A stretch of DNA of 35,633 bases, taken from contig CALSCO010000759.1 in assembly GCA_943704415.1 (NCBI GenBank), positions 1 to 35,633 on the forward strand, given 5' to 3'. The first letter of the stretch is position 1. Each line of letters starts with the position of its first letter. This DNA is from Parvularia atlantis. Its lineage: Eukaryota. The notes beneath the pieces are model-generated. The model had not been told where the DNA came from, ran no database searches, and saw nothing but the letters and a program-made list of their open reading frames with translations. The position numbers and the translations under genes were made by a program. Shown piece after piece: positions 34,368 to 35,633 of this stretch.

Positions 34368-34527
34368 GTGAGTCGTTCTACCTGGTCAGCCGCGACCGCG
34401 ACCTGGGCGACGAGCCGGCGAGCGCGGCGCCGGCGCTCTCGTGAGAGACCGGGGTGGGCTGTGTGCTTTCTGTACATGGGCCGAGCAGGCCTGCTGTCCG
34501 ACTGGCACACTCATCGAAGCTCGAGCG

Positions 34528-35633
34528 ATGGTGGACGGCCACGTGGCGCGCGTCGCGTCGCGTGTGCTCTCGCTCGCCGCGCCGGCGGCGCCGCAACAGC
34601 ACGACGGCGCGGTGCTGGAACAGCTGGCGCGCGTGCTCGTGCGCGAGGCTGCGCGCGGGCGCTGGGACGTGGCGCTGCTGCTGCGCTCGCTCCTGCCCGA
34701 GCTCGTTGCGCGCGCCGTGCGCCTGCTCACCGACCTAGGTGACGGGCGCGCCAGCGACGCCGGCGACGCGCTGTCGCTCCTGACGTGGCCCGAGCTGTGC
34801 GTCGTCGCGCTCGCCAACCTGCTACCGCTGTACCCGCAGGTCCTGCGGTGCGTGGCGCCGCGTGCTGCGGCGGCGGCGTCTTGACGCGTGCGCCAAAGAC
34901 CGGCGCAGCCGCTGCTGGCCGGTGCGCCGCCCTTCTTCGAGCGGCTCGCGACGAGTGCCGACCCGGCTGCACGACGGGCCTGGCCCGTGCTCGCGCTCGC
35001 CGCCAGCCGCCTGCTCACGGCCGCGCCCGAGCTCGCGCGCCACGCCTGGGATTGGTCCGCGTTCTATCGACTGTTGCTCGCGAGCGACCCGGGCGACGTC
35101 GCAACGCGCGTGCACGCCGCCCGCGCCATTGCCGTGCTGCTGCGCATGCCGTCACCCGAGCCGCTGTTTGCATGTCACCTGCCGGAGGAAGTGCGCGCCG
35201 ACGCCGTGGTCATGTGGTGCGTGCTGCACGCTCTCGGCTGCGCGCAGAGCTCACGGCGCACGCCAGTCTTGACGAGGAGCGCCTGCTGCATGCGCTGCGG
35301 CAGGAGCTGCTGGCGGCGTCGGCAGACAGCCCGGCGGCCGCGTCGGCAGTGGACGACACCGTGATCACGGCTGCCGACCTCTCGCAGCACTCGGCGAGCG
35401 TGAGCGGCGTGCTGCTGCCCCGCGCGGCGACCGCGGCCGGCGCACCAGGACCGGCGGCGCACTTTGATGCGCCTCTGGTGATGACCGAGACGACGCGACG
35501 CAACCTGCACGCGCTCGCGCTGCTGCTCTCGCTCGGCGCGCCCGTCCTGCTCGAGGGCGCGACCGGTGCCGGCAAGACCGCGCTCGTCGAGGAGGCCGCG
35601 CGCCAGCTGGGCCGCACAGGCATGCCCCCCCCC
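34528..35633 (+). CDS. MDN1: Midasin (Rea1) AAA ATPase, 5' partial
   Basis: A helical N-terminal domain (LRSLLPELVAR, PFFERL) is followed by the first AAA module LVMTETTRRNLHALALLLSLGAPVLLEGATGAGKTALVEEAARQLG, which is typical of midasin D1. The gene runs off the window. Confidence 0.85.

Noticed and set aside
1..35633. Pseudogenes or programmed frameshifting suggested by fragmented ORFs
   Set aside because: The breaks I traced are explained by short spliceosomal introns with donor, branch and acceptor signals, and catalytic motifs are restored in frame.
1..35633. CRISPR arrays, tRNA/rRNA genes, transposases or prokaryotic defence systems
   Set aside because: I saw no regularly spaced repeat-spacer arrays, cloverleaf or rRNA-like segments, or transposase motifs. 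Nearly all of the sequence is accounted for by spliced eukaryotic genes.

Overview
This is a GC-rich, very compact, intron-dense eukaryotic locus, not a prokaryotic one, so the ORF track is fragmented by short spliceosomal introns. Manual splicing gives about 149 introns, mostly 45-70 nt, with donor consensus GTGCGY, a CTGAC/CTCAC-like branch site and a CAG acceptor. It yields 14 protein-coding genes: a partial ALYREF/POLDIP3-like RRM protein, an F-BAR-C1-RhoGAP (GMIP/ARHGAP45/ARHGAP29 type), a TBL/PC-esterase-like SGNH O-acyltransferase, a PX(-like)-AGC kinase, DNA polymerase delta catalytic subunit, a SIVA1 homolog, HIS2, MAU2/Scc4, a divergent Tem1/Spg1-like GTPase, a membrane sulfotransferase, a PDK/BCKDK kinase, a Cyr1-type adenylate cyclase, an ARL6IP1-like protein and the 5' end of midasin. 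The main highlights are: (1) a Cyr1-type cyclase with an unusual FHA-RA-LRR-pseudoPP2C-cyclase-GRAM architecture; (2) a POLD1/SIVA1 head-to-head promoter with a perfect E2F site and a CHR-like element; (3) about 7% GC-AG introns; (4) a Tem1-like GTPase lacking DxxGQ; (5) a mix of fungal-type and animal-type genes that suggests an early-branching opisthokont such as a nucleariid (inference only). All gene models and family calls come from reading the sequence and recalling family motifs; no searches were run. CDS coordinates are gene spans that include introns.
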